DNA of 55,614 nucleotides from Thermoprotei archaeon. Its GTDB lineage: Archaea > Thermoproteota > Thermoprotei > Thermoproteales > B15-G16. A model generated the notes under the pieces. The model saw only the letters and a program-made list of their open reading frames with translations. It was not told the origin of the DNA and did not search any database. A program made the translations under genes and the position numbers. Shown here piece after piece: positions 39,127 to 48,777 of the stretch (the stretch's first letter is position 1; every line of letters starts with the position of its first letter). The stretch lies in NCBI GenBank assembly GCA_003649205.1, contig QMRC01000012.1, forward strand, positions 1 to 55,614, read 5' to 3'.

Positions 39127-40104
39127 GTGTACACTACTCACGTTGGTAGTTTTCCACTAGATTTCACTAGAGATAATGTATTGAGGGTTTTCCACGATAT
39201 GATCAATATAGGTATCGACTATCCACCCTATCCACAACTACGTAACTTCATAAAGATCTTCCTAGATCCACTAGTGGATATACATGTCCTAAAGTTGGTT
39301 AACAGTAAGTACGTGATCAACATATCGCTAAGTGAATTGAAGAACTTACCCCTACCTGCTGTAAGGCTTGAGGAAGCTGAAATAGTAGCTAGTATTGTGA
39401 AGAAGGAGAGGATATGTGTAGAAGCTATTCGAGGTTGCGTAACTGGGCCCTTTACCCTTGCTTCGGAAATTCAGATATCTGAAAGAGAGACACGAGGATT
39501 ATTCACATCTGCTTTAAGTAGTAAGGATTTCGTGCTCAAGTACATGACTAGAATTGTTAGGGAATTTGTCACGTATCTACATGATGTTCTTGGATTCAAG
39601 TTCATAGTAATTGATGAGCCAGTACTCTCAGTAATAGTTGGCTCGAGACGCATACTATTTGATTACACGATTGAGGAAATTAGTAAATGCCTTGATGAGG
39701 TTCTTCAGGGTGTAGAACTAGCTGGTGTACATGTCTGTGGTAGGGTACCTCCACTACTTAAGGACGTTCTACTGAGTACTCGGTACGTTAAAGTTCTCGA
39801 TCATGAGTTTAAGGACAATCCAAAGAATCTAACGGTCTACACTAAGGACGAACTGGAGAAGTATGATAAGTTCATCTCATTTGGTTGCGTATCATCGAGG
39901 AAACCAGTGATTGAGTCAGTAGAGGAGATAATGGACGTAGTTAAGAGAGGTATTGACACGTTTGGTAGTAGATTGCTGATGATTAAGCCAGATTGTGGTT
40001 TTAGGGGATTAGCTGGATTCTTTGAGAATAAGGAAAAAGCCTATGAGGTAGCTATTGAGAAGTTGAGGAGGATTGTTGAGGTAAAACGTAGATTACATGT
40101 ATAG
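39127..40104 (+). CDS. core (MesA-like) methionine synthase / methylcorrinoid:homocysteine methyltransferase
   Basis: Single MetE catalytic barrel with HVGSFP, VTGPFTL, IDEP and Zn ligands HVC, DHE, PDCG; no N-terminal folate domain. Confidence 0.85.
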   Translation: MYTTHVGSFPLDFTRDNVLRVFHDMINIGIDYPPYPQLRNFIKIFLDPLVDIHVLKLVNSKYVINISLSELKNLPLPAVRLEEAEIVASIVKKERICVEAIRGCVTGPFTLASEIQISERETRGLFTSALSSKDFVLKYMTRIVREFVTYLHDVLGFKFIVIDEPVLSVIVGSRRILFDYTIEEISKCLDEVLQGVELAGVHVCGRVPPLLKDVLLSTRYVKVLDHEFKDNPKNLTVYTKDELEKYDKFISFGCVSSRKPVIESVEEIMDVVKRGIDTFGSRLLMIKPDCGFRGLAGFFENKEKAYEVAIEKLRRIVEVKRRLHV

Positions 40105-40114
40105 GGGGTTTGCC

Positions 40115-40759
40115 ATGGAGGATCTAATCAATAAGCTTAAGGTAGCGATCATTGAGGGTGATGAGGAAGAAGCTCTGAAGGTAACTAAGGAATTGCTGGA
40201 GAGGGGTATAGATCCTAAATTAATTATTGAACGGGCATTGGAACCAGCTATGAAAATTGTAGGTGAGAAGTTTGAACGAGAAGAGTACTTCATACCTGAA
40301 GTCATGTTAGCAGCTGAGGTATTTAAGAAGGTTATGGAGTTTCTCAAACCTCATCTTGGTCAAGAGGTAGGTGAGAAGTCAAAGGGTAGAGTAGTGATAG
40401 GTACTGTTCGTGGTGATATACATGAGCTCGGTAAGAATCTTGTTGCTACAATGCTTTCAGTAGCTGGGTTTGAGGTTATAGATCTTGGTGTTGATGTGAG
40501 TCCAGAGAAATTCATTGAAGCAGTGGAGAAGTATAGACCTGATGTACTTGGTCTTAGCGCCTTAATGACTACGACAATGATTGAGCAGAAGGTAGTTATT
40601 GAGGAGTTGAAGAGGAGAGGATTAAGGGATAAAGTCAAGGTCATTGTTGGGGGAGCACCTGTTACAGAAGAATGGGCTAGAGAGATCGGTGCTGATGGTT
40701 ACGCTGCAAATGCGTACGAGGCTGTAAGATTAGTTAAGAAGTTGCTAGGTGTTGAGTAG
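40115..40759 (+). CDS. methyltransferase corrinoid protein (MttC/MtbC family)
   Basis: Cap domain, GDIHELGKN (DxHxxG), DLGVDV, GLSALMTTT and VGGAP. Confidence 0.96.
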   Translation: MEDLINKLKVAIIEGDEEEALKVTKELLERGIDPKLIIERALEPAMKIVGEKFEREEYFIPEVMLAAEVFKKVMEFLKPHLGQEVGEKSKGRVVIGTVRGDIHELGKNLVATMLSVAGFEVIDLGVDVSPEKFIEAVEKYRPDVLGLSALMTTTMIEQKVVIEELKRRGLRDKVKVIVGGAPVTEEWAREIGADGYAANAYEAVRLVKKLLGVE

Positions 40760-42202
40760 ATGCCAAGACCTACAATCTCGTTATTGAGTAAAAACGATAT
40801 TGAGCTAATACATGAGAAGGCGCTAGAGGTTCTCGAGGTAATTGGTGTCAGGATTGAGAGTAGAAGAGTTGTGAACCTACTTAAGAGCTACGGTCTTGAG
40901 GTTAGTGAGGGTAATGTAGTTAAGTTTCCAAGAGATCTAGTTGAGAGTAAAGTTAAGGATTGCCCACATGAATTCACACTCTATGATAGAGAAGGAAAGC
41001 CGAGATTATTGGTTGGAGGTGATAGAACTTACTTCAACCCAGGTTCAGCAGCTACGAAGATACTTGACTTGAGACAGAACACCATTAGGGATCCCACACT
41101 TTGGGATTTACGCGACATAGCTATCCTAGTTAATGAACTTGAGAACATTGATGCTCAGAGCACAGCTGTTGTACCTCATGAATTTCCACCAGAGACCCGA
41201 GATAGAGTTAGACTATATCCACTTCTGAAGTACTCGACTAAGCCTATAGTCACAGGAGCCTTTACGGTAGATGGTGTACACGACATGGTTAAGCTCTTAA
41301 GCATCTTCATCAGCGACCTCGATAAAAGACCAATAGCTATATTCGATGTTTGTCCATCACCACCCCTTAAGTGGAGTGAAGTCACTGTGGAGAATTTAGT
41401 TGATTGTGCTAAGTATGGACTACCTATAGAGATAATATCAATGCCATCTCTCGGCGCTACATCACCAGTGACAATTGCTGGTGCTCTAGTGCAGCACCAT
41501 GCTGAAGTACTTTCAGGTATAGTAATAGCTCAGTTAGTTAGAAAGGGTGTACCTGTTGTATATGGTGGATCACCTTCGACATTTGACATGAGGTATGGGA
41601 CACCGAACATAGTTGCTCCTGAAGCCCTTCTGGTGTCACTTGCATATGTTGAGATAGCAAAGTATCTGAACTTACTAACACACACGTACATGGCTTTAAG
41701 CGACACTATCTTACTCGACTATCAATCTGGTGTAGAGACAGGTATCAGCGCTCTTGTAGCTTGTTTAAGAGGAATAAACGTTGTCTCAGGTCCTGGTATG
41801 TTAGAGCACGAGAGTACTCAATGTCTTGAGAAGTTAGTTCTCGATAATGAGGTCTGTGGATTAGTTAGGAGGTTTAGTAGAGGATTCAACATCGGTATAG
41901 AGGAGTTAGCTATTGACTTACTAAGAGATGTAGGTCCTGGTGGTACATTTCTATCTAAGAAGCATACCGTTAAGCACTTTAAGAAGGAAATTTACCATCC
42001 TCACATACTATTAAGATATGACATGAGAGAATGGATGAGGAGAGGTAGTCCCTCACTCCTGGAGAGAGCTAAACAGGAAGTTGAGCAGTTGCTAAAGAGG
42101 GGCACTAGAGAGTTACCTCCATCGGACCTACTTCAGGAACTAAATAGAGCAATTAATGGAATACTTAGGAAATTCGGTATTACAGTAAGGGAACTCCCTT
42201 AA
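40760..42202 (+). CDS. non-pyrrolysine MttB-superfamily methyltransferase
   Basis: IHEKALEVLEVIG, SPPL, GATSPVTIAGAL, GVPVVYG, DYQSGVE, LVLDNE and VGPGGTFL; no in-frame amber codon. Confidence 0.93.
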   Translation: MPRPTISLLSKNDIELIHEKALEVLEVIGVRIESRRVVNLLKSYGLEVSEGNVVKFPRDLVESKVKDCPHEFTLYDREGKPRLLVGGDRTYFNPGSAATKILDLRQNTIRDPTLWDLRDIAILVNELENIDAQSTAVVPHEFPPETRDRVRLYPLLKYSTKPIVTGAFTVDGVHDMVKLLSIFISDLDKRPIAIFDVCPSPPLKWSEVTVENLVDCAKYGLPIEIISMPSLGATSPVTIAGALVQHHAEVLSGIVIAQLVRKGVPVVYGGSPSTFDMRYGTPNIVAPEALLVSLAYVEIAKYLNLLTHTYMALSDTILLDYQSGVETGISALVACLRGINVVSGPGMLEHESTQCLEKLVLDNEVCGLVRRFSRGFNIGIEELAIDLLRDVGPGGTFLSKKHTVKHFKKEIYHPHILLRYDMREWMRRGSPSLLERAKQEVEQLLKRGTRELPPSDLLQELNRAINGILRKFGITVRELP

Positions 42203-42218
42203 GGTATAGATTTCACCA

Positions 42219-43514
42219 CTATGGAGTTGGTACAATACCAGGCACTTTGGGAAAAGGTACTGCTTCCCACACATACCTAAGACCTAGTATGTACCTAGTA
42301 AATCTCTCCACGCCTAATCCAAAACCAGCACTTGGAGGTATACCAATCTTTGCTAACTCTAAAAACCATGAGTACCGTTCTAAGTCCTCACCCATTTGTC
42401 GCAACCTTTCAACGATCTTATCGTATCTGTACTCACGTTCTCCTCCATCCACAACTTCTCCAAACCCACAAGGTAGTATGAGGTTGAAATCTCTATTGTA
42501 GCCTGGTTTCTCTGGATCCTCTAGGTAGTAGAAGCCTCTACTAGTTTTCGGATACTTAATAATCCAGAAAGGTTCATCACCTAGGTACTCACTCAACTTT
42601 GTTTCTCCTTCCTGTGTTAACTCATGTCCTTTAGGAGTTTCTATACCTAACTTCCTCAGTATGTCAGTAGCTTCATCATATGTAAGTACCTTAAAGGGCT
42701 TCTTAGGTACCTTAAGTGAGGGATTGAACTTCATCACAACATCTCTACACGTTTCAAGAACTTTTTCCATCGTGTAAACTACTAAATCCTCACATAGCTT
42801 CATCACATCCCACATCGAGGCATAAGCCCACTCTACATCGACCTGCGTAAATTCACAGAGATGCCTACCAGTGTGCATGTTTTCTAATGGTTCCTCCCTA
42901 ACATTCCTAGCTACAAAGAATATCTTCTCTAGAGAGGCCACCGCAGCTTGCTTAAACATTATTACGCTAGACATAAGTTCGTACTCATACCCATAGAGCT
43001 TTGTTTTCAGTTTCCTTGCTCCTCTCAAACCTGGATCACTACACGGACTAATTATTGGTGGTAAGAGCTCTACAAAGCCACTCTTTATAAGGAAGTCCCT
43101 CACGTAGTATAGAACCCACTGCTGGATCTTAAGTACATTAGCGTACTTTGGAGACCTTATAATGAAGTAACTGTACCTTGCGAACTTCCTCACATCACTT
43201 GGATCTACCTCCTTAAGATCTACGGGTAGTTCAGGAGGAGCCTTAACTATGGTCCTTAACTCACATACTTTCAATACATCACCTTCCACAAAACCCTTGA
43301 CATACACCAAGCTCTCTCTCGTTAGGTTCCTTACTACCTCTACCTGAGGTACTATGAACGAAGCCACACCTGTTGAATCACGTAACTCAAGAATACACCT
43401 ATCTCCAACGAACTTCAAATCGTGAACCCAGGCAAGTAGCTCTACCTCACCACCATGTCTAACTACATCACGTACGTACATAGACTTACTGGGGTATAGG
43501 CGATCGAACCTCAT
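42219..43514 (-). CDS. AsnRS-like protein: archaeal asparagine synthetase A-type core with retained OB-fold
   Basis: LAWVHD..LRDSTG OB fold. Class IIb core with LLPPIISPCSDPG, SSVIMFKQ, RHLCEFTQVD, GGERE and GFGLGVER. Confidence 0.8.
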   Translation of the reverse strand: MRFDRLYPSKSMYVRDVVRHGGEVELLAWVHDLKFVGDRCILELRDSTGVASFIVPQVEVVRNLTRESLVYVKGFVEGDVLKVCELRTIVKAPPELPVDLKEVDPSDVRKFARYSYFIIRSPKYANVLKIQQWVLYYVRDFLIKSGFVELLPPIISPCSDPGLRGARKLKTKLYGYEYELMSSVIMFKQAAVASLEKIFFVARNVREEPLENMHTGRHLCEFTQVDVEWAYASMWDVMKLCEDLVVYTMEKVLETCRDVVMKFNPSLKVPKKPFKVLTYDEATDILRKLGIETPKGHELTQEGETKLSEYLGDEPFWIIKYPKTSRGFYYLEDPEKPGYNRDFNLILPCGFGEVVDGGEREYRYDKIVERLRQMGEDLERYSWFLELAKIGIPPSAGFGLGVERFTRYILGLRYVWEAVPFPKVPGIVPTP

Positions 43515-43719
43515 ATGTAGCTCACAGTAACCACAACAGACACTACAATATTAAATTTACTGGCAATTTAACACAGTTAGTAAGTATGCAATACACTAAT
43601 TATCCACAGTAAATTTAGCGAAGAAGACATTCTTCCAATCATCCTCAATGCATATCGTTAGATTGACAATATTCCTATAGACCCAATGAATAAATACCTC
43701 CTAGAAACTATATTGAAAC

Positions 43720-43774
43720 GGGATGAAGAGGACTTGCCCCCTTGAACGATGAAGATATTACCGCGACCTGACCC
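43720..43774 (+). ncRNA. box C/D guide sRNA targeting 16S helix 18 / 530 loop
   Basis: GGG-ATGAAGA-GGACTTGCCCCC-TTGA-acg-ATGAAGA-TATTACCGCGAC-CTGA-CCC. Guides are complementary to GGGGGCAAGTC and universal CGCGGTAATA. Confidence 0.95.
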
Positions 43775-43962
43775 CCTCAAGCTCACTCCACAACACTCCA
43801 CTACCTAGTATGATACGTAGCATCTCTATAGGTTAAGTAAATTGAAAGCGATGTGAGGAGTTAGAGGTGAAAGTATCTGCAGCGTGACTGTGGATTAGAG
43901 AGCATTTTCAGAAAAGAAAGTACATACACAGTACGTAGAGCATTTAACAGCACTTAGTGAGG

Positions 43963-45126
43963 TTAACTTAGAAGTAGCAGAGCGTATGAAATGAAGAACA
44001 AATAGGAAAGTAGAGTAGAAGGACCAATGTACTTATACACACGTACAACATCGGCATTATAGTACTTCACACTATAGACTAGACATAGATGTACTGGAGA
44101 TGGTACATAGCCAAAGAAACTGGAGTTAAATATTAATACAGCATCCTTGAATGAGCTAGCAGTTAAGACAGATGCTGAAACAGTAATAGAAAAAGTTTGA
44201 GACCCCGTTACCAAGCTAAGTACATAGGGTACAAGCAATAGCAATACATCACGGGGAAGGTGCTTGCTAAGTCCACTAATCACCGTATAAGCACTAGTCA
44301 TCTTAACTGAGAAACTAAGTAGTATGACAGCGAAGCTGGCTAGTGTTGTAGACCAAACCCTTTTACTACTCAAAACCTTACGTAGTATAGTGGAGCTTGG
44401 TCTGTATGTGAATACTATGAACACGATACTAGCTATGACACCAATACCAATAGAAAAACCACTCACTAGGGGTCTAGTAGCTAGAGCTATTACCAGAGGA
44501 ATTAAGAGGGTAAGGAGTGACGTATATTTCGGTCTAACTCTAACCAAATGAACTACCTCGAGTTTTCTAACCCCAATTACATAGCCAACAGCAACAGTAA
44601 GGAGCATCAAGGGGGTATTGAATAAAGCTATAGAAAAGGAATCGGCACCACTTAGTGACGAAATCAAGATCATGGAGTTGGTAATCGGATAGGCAAGAAA
44701 TATCGTGTGCCTAAACCACACGTTAATGTAGGCCTTCATCACCGAATTACAGAGTGAAAGAGCATCAACCAATGGAGCGGACAGTAGAGCACCACCAGCA
44801 ACTGGTAGAAGACCTAGTACAGCAGGTAATAACATAATAGCCACCTTAGGCCTCATAATCGAGACTACTGTCTGCGCAACTTCGTTGTCAATTCCCAAGT
44901 TATGAAACAATTCAGCTAAAATACATATACTAGCTGTAGCAGAGAAAACAATCCAGAAAGTCTCGCTCAGTAACGTGGTCAAGATTACTTTAGGAAGTAG
45001 AAGAGGATTTGTCAGCAGGACTAACGTTATAGCTCCTGCAAGCAGGCATAGACTAATATCGAGTTTCATGTACATTAGCAGTAGCATTAACGCTATAGAT
45101 ATCAGCAATGAAGCAGCTGAGTACAT
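43963..45126 (-). CDS. DUF401-family membrane protein
   Basis: PAVLGLLPVAGGALLSAP, NVWFRH and SPVHLCL. Confidence 0.85.
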   Translation of the reverse strand: MYSAASLLISIALMLLLMYMKLDISLCLLAGAITLVLLTNPLLLPKVILTTLLSETFWIVFSATASICILAELFHNLGIDNEVAQTVVSIMRPKVAIMLLPAVLGLLPVAGGALLSAPLVDALSLCNSVMKAYINVWFRHTIFLAYPITNSMILISSLSGADSFSIALFNTPLMLLTVAVGYVIGVRKLEVVHLVRVRPKYTSLLTLLIPLVIALATRPLVSGFSIGIGVIASIVFIVFTYRPSSTILRKVLSSKRVWSTTLASFAVILLSFSVKMTSAYTVISGLSKHLPRDVLLLLVPYVLSLVTGSQTFSITVSASVLTASSFKDAVLIFNSSFFGYVPSPVHLCLVYSVKYYNADVVRVYKYIGPSTLLSYLFFISYALLLLS

Positions 45127-45427
45127 GGGAGAGTGTTACACTCAATGAGAATATATGGTTTTTCGCCTCTGAACCTACTTCAAAAATCAAGACATCACGA
45201 TAGAGGAGGTGAACTTCAGCATTGAAGGTAGAGAGTACCTTGAGCTAATCTAGGTGAGAAGCCTTTTGGGCATATAGGTATGTAGATGGAAATTGAAGAT
45301 TTATCGTCTAGATTACGAACTACAGTGATTGAAGCAGATGAAAATCTAGGTAACCATAGTCACACATAGAGGAGTAAACCTATAATCTCTAATATCCAAA
45401 AACGAGAGGTAAGTAGCAACTAAGACG

Positions 45428-46291
45428 GTGGTAGTGATGGAGTTTGGAGTAGCTACAATGGTGTACTACCCAGGTTCAACACCTAGAAGAGCCATACTCG
45501 ACTCACAGAGCTTTGGTTTCAGGTACCTTGAGATAAGTTACGAGCACTTCATCAAGTACATAGAGAACAACGACCTAATGAGGGTAAAGGAGCTACAGAA
45601 ATCCATAGTGGAAGTACTTGAGACAACACAGCTAAAGGTACTTCAAGTACATGCACCATACGGTAAGGTGAACTACTACATGGTTGCAGATGATGTGGGA
45701 TTAAGGAAGTACGCTACTACACTGATGGAGATGTGGATTGAGTTCTGTAGAGAGGTGGACTGTAGAACCCTAGTAACCCACACAGGATGGGCACCACCAC
45801 GAGTCACAGTACCATACCACAAACATATAGAGATAATGTTGAGGAAGAACATAGAGTTCTATAGGGAACTGAGTAAGGTAGCTAAGGATAAAGGAGTTGA
45901 AATAGCAATTGAAAATAGATTGGAAAGAGTCTTCGGTATAACACCAAAGGACATAGCAGCAATAGTGAGTGAAGTAGGTAGTGAAGTACTTGGACTCTGC
46001 CTAGACGTAGGTCATGCACACATAAACAAGCTACCAATACCAGAGATACTGCAGAGGTACGGTAGCATCCTAAAGGCAACACACATACATGATAACAACG
46101 GTGAAGTAGATCAGCACCTACCACCATACATGGGATCAATAGACTGGAAAACCATCATCAAAGCATTCAAGAACATAAACTACAGTAGACCACTAATATT
46201 CGAGGTAGCAGGGGATCGAGTAGAGGAAATATGTAGGAATAGACTGTACCTACTATCAAAGATCAGGGACATACTAGCAGAAGAGACATGA
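45428..46291 (+). CDS. sugar phosphate isomerase/epimerase (xylose-isomerase-like TIM barrel)
   Basis: HAPY, IAIEN, LDVGH, HIHDN, HLPP and IFE. Confidence 0.9.
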   Translation: MVVMEFGVATMVYYPGSTPRRAILDSQSFGFRYLEISYEHFIKYIENNDLMRVKELQKSIVEVLETTQLKVLQVHAPYGKVNYYMVADDVGLRKYATTLMEMWIEFCREVDCRTLVTHTGWAPPRVTVPYHKHIEIMLRKNIEFYRELSKVAKDKGVEIAIENRLERVFGITPKDIAAIVSEVGSEVLGLCLDVGHAHINKLPIPEILQRYGSILKATHIHDNNGEVDQHLPPYMGSIDWKTIIKAFKNINYSRPLIFEVAGDRVEEICRNRLYLLSKIRDILAEET

Positions 46292-47433
46292 GTAGATACA
46301 CACTAACGATAAAACCCAGTACACACATCAGCACACTCTGCTACTCAGTACTAAGGATAGAACCATACGCAACCTGCGAATACAGCTGCGCGTACTGTTA
46401 CGGGAAGTGGTATAGAGTAGAGACAGAGAACAAACCACTCAAATCACTAATCAACGAATTCAGGAACCTAGTCAAGGTACTGACCAGGAGAAACCTAAAG
46501 ACAATACCCTTCAGACTATCAACCCTCGTAGATCCACTACAACCAATTGAGCAAGAGCACAGACTCAGTAGGTACATAATGAAGCTATGTCTGAGATACG
46601 ATGTACCACTCATCATATGCACAAAGTCAACACTCATACTAGAGAGACCCTGGATAGAATTAGTTACGAAGCTAAGCTCAAGACAGCTAGCAATCGTACA
46701 GATCACCTTAACAACACTAAGAGACGAAGTGGCTAAGGTACTAGAGCCAAGAGCACCAAAACCAGAGGACAGATTGAAGGTCGTAGAGAAGCTAAGTAGT
46801 GAAGGAGTACCTGTAGTAGCTAGGTACCAACCACTGATACCAGGTGTAGTAGAGGATGAGTACATCGAGATGATACAGCAGCTCAAGTACGCAGGAGCAA
46901 AACAAGTAGTCGTTGAGTCACTGAGGCTAACACTAGGAGAAATCAACAACCTAAGCAAGGTAATTCCAGAGCTAAGGAAAGTGGAGTGGGAACCATACAC
47001 ACCACAGCAACCACAGGTAACTAGACCGCACATAGGCTGGAGAAGGTACGTAGTGAGCAAGATAGCAGAGACGTGTAGGAAGTACGGACTAGAATTCAGC
47101 ACCTGTAAGGAAGGATTTCTCGAACTATGCACAGCAGAGAACTGCTGTGGAATGCACTACCTAGATCCAGAGAAGTACGTACTAAGACCAACACTACACG
47201 AAGTATGGAGAAAGTGGTTAATCAGAGGAAAAGTACCAACACCACAGGAACTAACTCAAGAACACGAACAAGATCCAAAGTACATCTGCGGAAATAAACT
47301 CATGAACTACCCAAGACAACTCAGAAGAGCACTGAAACAACACGAGAAAACACTAGTGAAGGTACTAGAGAAGGAAAACCTACTCAAGCACGTACTCGGA
47401 ATAGAGGAAACACCAAAGAAAGCCAAGACATAG
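46288..47433 (+). CDS. radical SAM protein (spore-photoproduct-lyase-like)
   Basis: EPYATCEYSCAYCY, DPLQPIE, CTKS and LEPRAP...R. Confidence 0.9.
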   Translation: MSRYTLTIKPSTHISTLCYSVLRIEPYATCEYSCAYCYGKWYRVETENKPLKSLINEFRNLVKVLTRRNLKTIPFRLSTLVDPLQPIEQEHRLSRYIMKLCLRYDVPLIICTKSTLILERPWIELVTKLSSRQLAIVQITLTTLRDEVAKVLEPRAPKPEDRLKVVEKLSSEGVPVVARYQPLIPGVVEDEYIEMIQQLKYAGAKQVVVESLRLTLGEINNLSKVIPELRKVEWEPYTPQQPQVTRPHIGWRRYVVSKIAETCRKYGLEFSTCKEGFLELCTAENCCGMHYLDPEKYVLRPTLHEVWRKWLIRGKVPTPQELTQEHEQDPKYICGNKLMNYPRQLRRALKQHEKTLVKVLEKENLLKHVLGIEETPKKAKT

Positions 47434-47442
47434 TAGACATAG

Positions 47443-47982
47443 GTGAAGAACTTGCTGAGAGGACTCTTCATAGGTAGATTCCAACCATTCCACAACGGAC
47501 ATCTACATGCAGTAAAACACATACTAAGCGAAGTAGATGAGGTAGTCATCGCAGTAGCATCAGCACAGTACAACTACACCATAGACAACCCATTCACAGC
47601 AGGAGAGAGAATAGAGATGATAAAGCTAGCACTAGGACCACTCTACAACAGAACCTACGTAATACCAGTCGACAACATACCAAACAACTACACATGGCCA
47701 AGACACGTACTAAACTACGTACCTAGAGTACACGTAGTCTACACAAACAACGAATTCGTAGCAAAACTCTTCAAAGACTACGGACTAGAGACAAGACCAG
47801 TACCACACCTAGAAGGAGTAAGCGGAACACTCATAAGGAAACTCATCGTAGAGGACAAACCCTGGAAACACCTAGTACCAGAACCAGTAGCAAAGTACAT
47901 CGAGGAAATAGGAGGAGTAGAGAGAATAAAGCTAGTACACAGAATGAGAGTAGTAGCAGAGGGCGAGAGACATGGAAGGTAG
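47443..47982 (+). CDS. nadM: nicotinamide-nucleotide adenylyltransferase
   Basis: GRFQPFHNGH, NPFTAGER and SGTLIR. Confidence 0.95.
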   Translation: MKNLLRGLFIGRFQPFHNGHLHAVKHILSEVDEVVIAVASAQYNYTIDNPFTAGERIEMIKLALGPLYNRTYVIPVDNIPNNYTWPRHVLNYVPRVHVVYTNNEFVAKLFKDYGLETRPVPHLEGVSGTLIRKLIVEDKPWKHLVPEPVAKYIEEIGGVERIKLVHRMRVVAEGERHGR

Positions 47983-48757
47983 GAAGTACACAGCAGCAGT
48001 AGTGACAATAGGAACCGAACTACTGAGAGGACTCATAGAGAACACAAACGCAACATGGCTCTGCAAACAACTAACAGACCTAGGAATAGAGGTAAAGAGA
48101 GTAGTCACAGTACCAGACGACATGAACGAAATAGTCGAGACAATAAGGGAACTACTCAGGAAAGTAGATATCATAGTAACAACAGGAGGACTAGGATTCA
48201 CGAGAGACGACATAACAGTAGAGGCAATAGCAGAAGCAATACAGCAACCACTACACCACAGACGAGACATAGAGCAAATGGTACTAACTAGGTGTAGAGA
48301 ACTAAACTACGAGATAACACAGGAAGCACTCGTGAAAGTATCGAGAGCACCACCAACAGCACAACCACTACCAAACAACACAGGAATCGTACCAGGACTA
48401 CACATAGAACACCAAGGAAAACACATCTACGTACTACCAGGAGTACCAAGAGAAATGAAGCAAATATTCCAAGACCACGTAAAACCACACCTACAACAAC
48501 TCACAGAAACAAAACACACCATAGAGCTGATAGTACACACGAGACACAGAACCGAGATCGAGGTAGAGAACAAGCTCAAGAACATAGACATGAGCAGGTA
48601 CCACGTAACCTACATCAAGATCCACCCAAGACAACCAGTACAGATATCCATAACACTACAGCACACAGACAAACAAGAACTAATGAAGAAAGTACAGGAA
48701 CTACAGCAAGAACTAGGTAAGGTACTCAACATAGAGAAGATAGAGATCAAGACCTAG
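47972..48757 (+). CDS. cinA: CinA-like protein (molybdopterin-binding-type domain, no PncC domain)
   Basis: IGTELL.G...NTN, VPDD, TTGGLG.T.DDIT and LPGVPREM. Confidence 0.88.
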   Translation: MEGRKYTAAVVTIGTELLRGLIENTNATWLCKQLTDLGIEVKRVVTVPDDMNEIVETIRELLRKVDIIVTTGGLGFTRDDITVEAIAEAIQQPLHHRRDIEQMVLTRCRELNYEITQEALVKVSRAPPTAQPLPNNTGIVPGLHIEHQGKHIYVLPGVPREMKQIFQDHVKPHLQQLTETKHTIELIVHTRHRTEIEVENKLKNIDMSRYHVTYIKIHPRQPVQISITLQHTDKQELMKKVQELQQELGKVLNIEKIEIKT

Positions 48758-48777
48758 AGGAGGAAAGGGTAAGGAAG

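Noticed and set aside
40760-42202. Pyrrolysine recoding or methanogenesis
   Set aside because: No in-frame TAG, and no pyl or mcr genes in the window.
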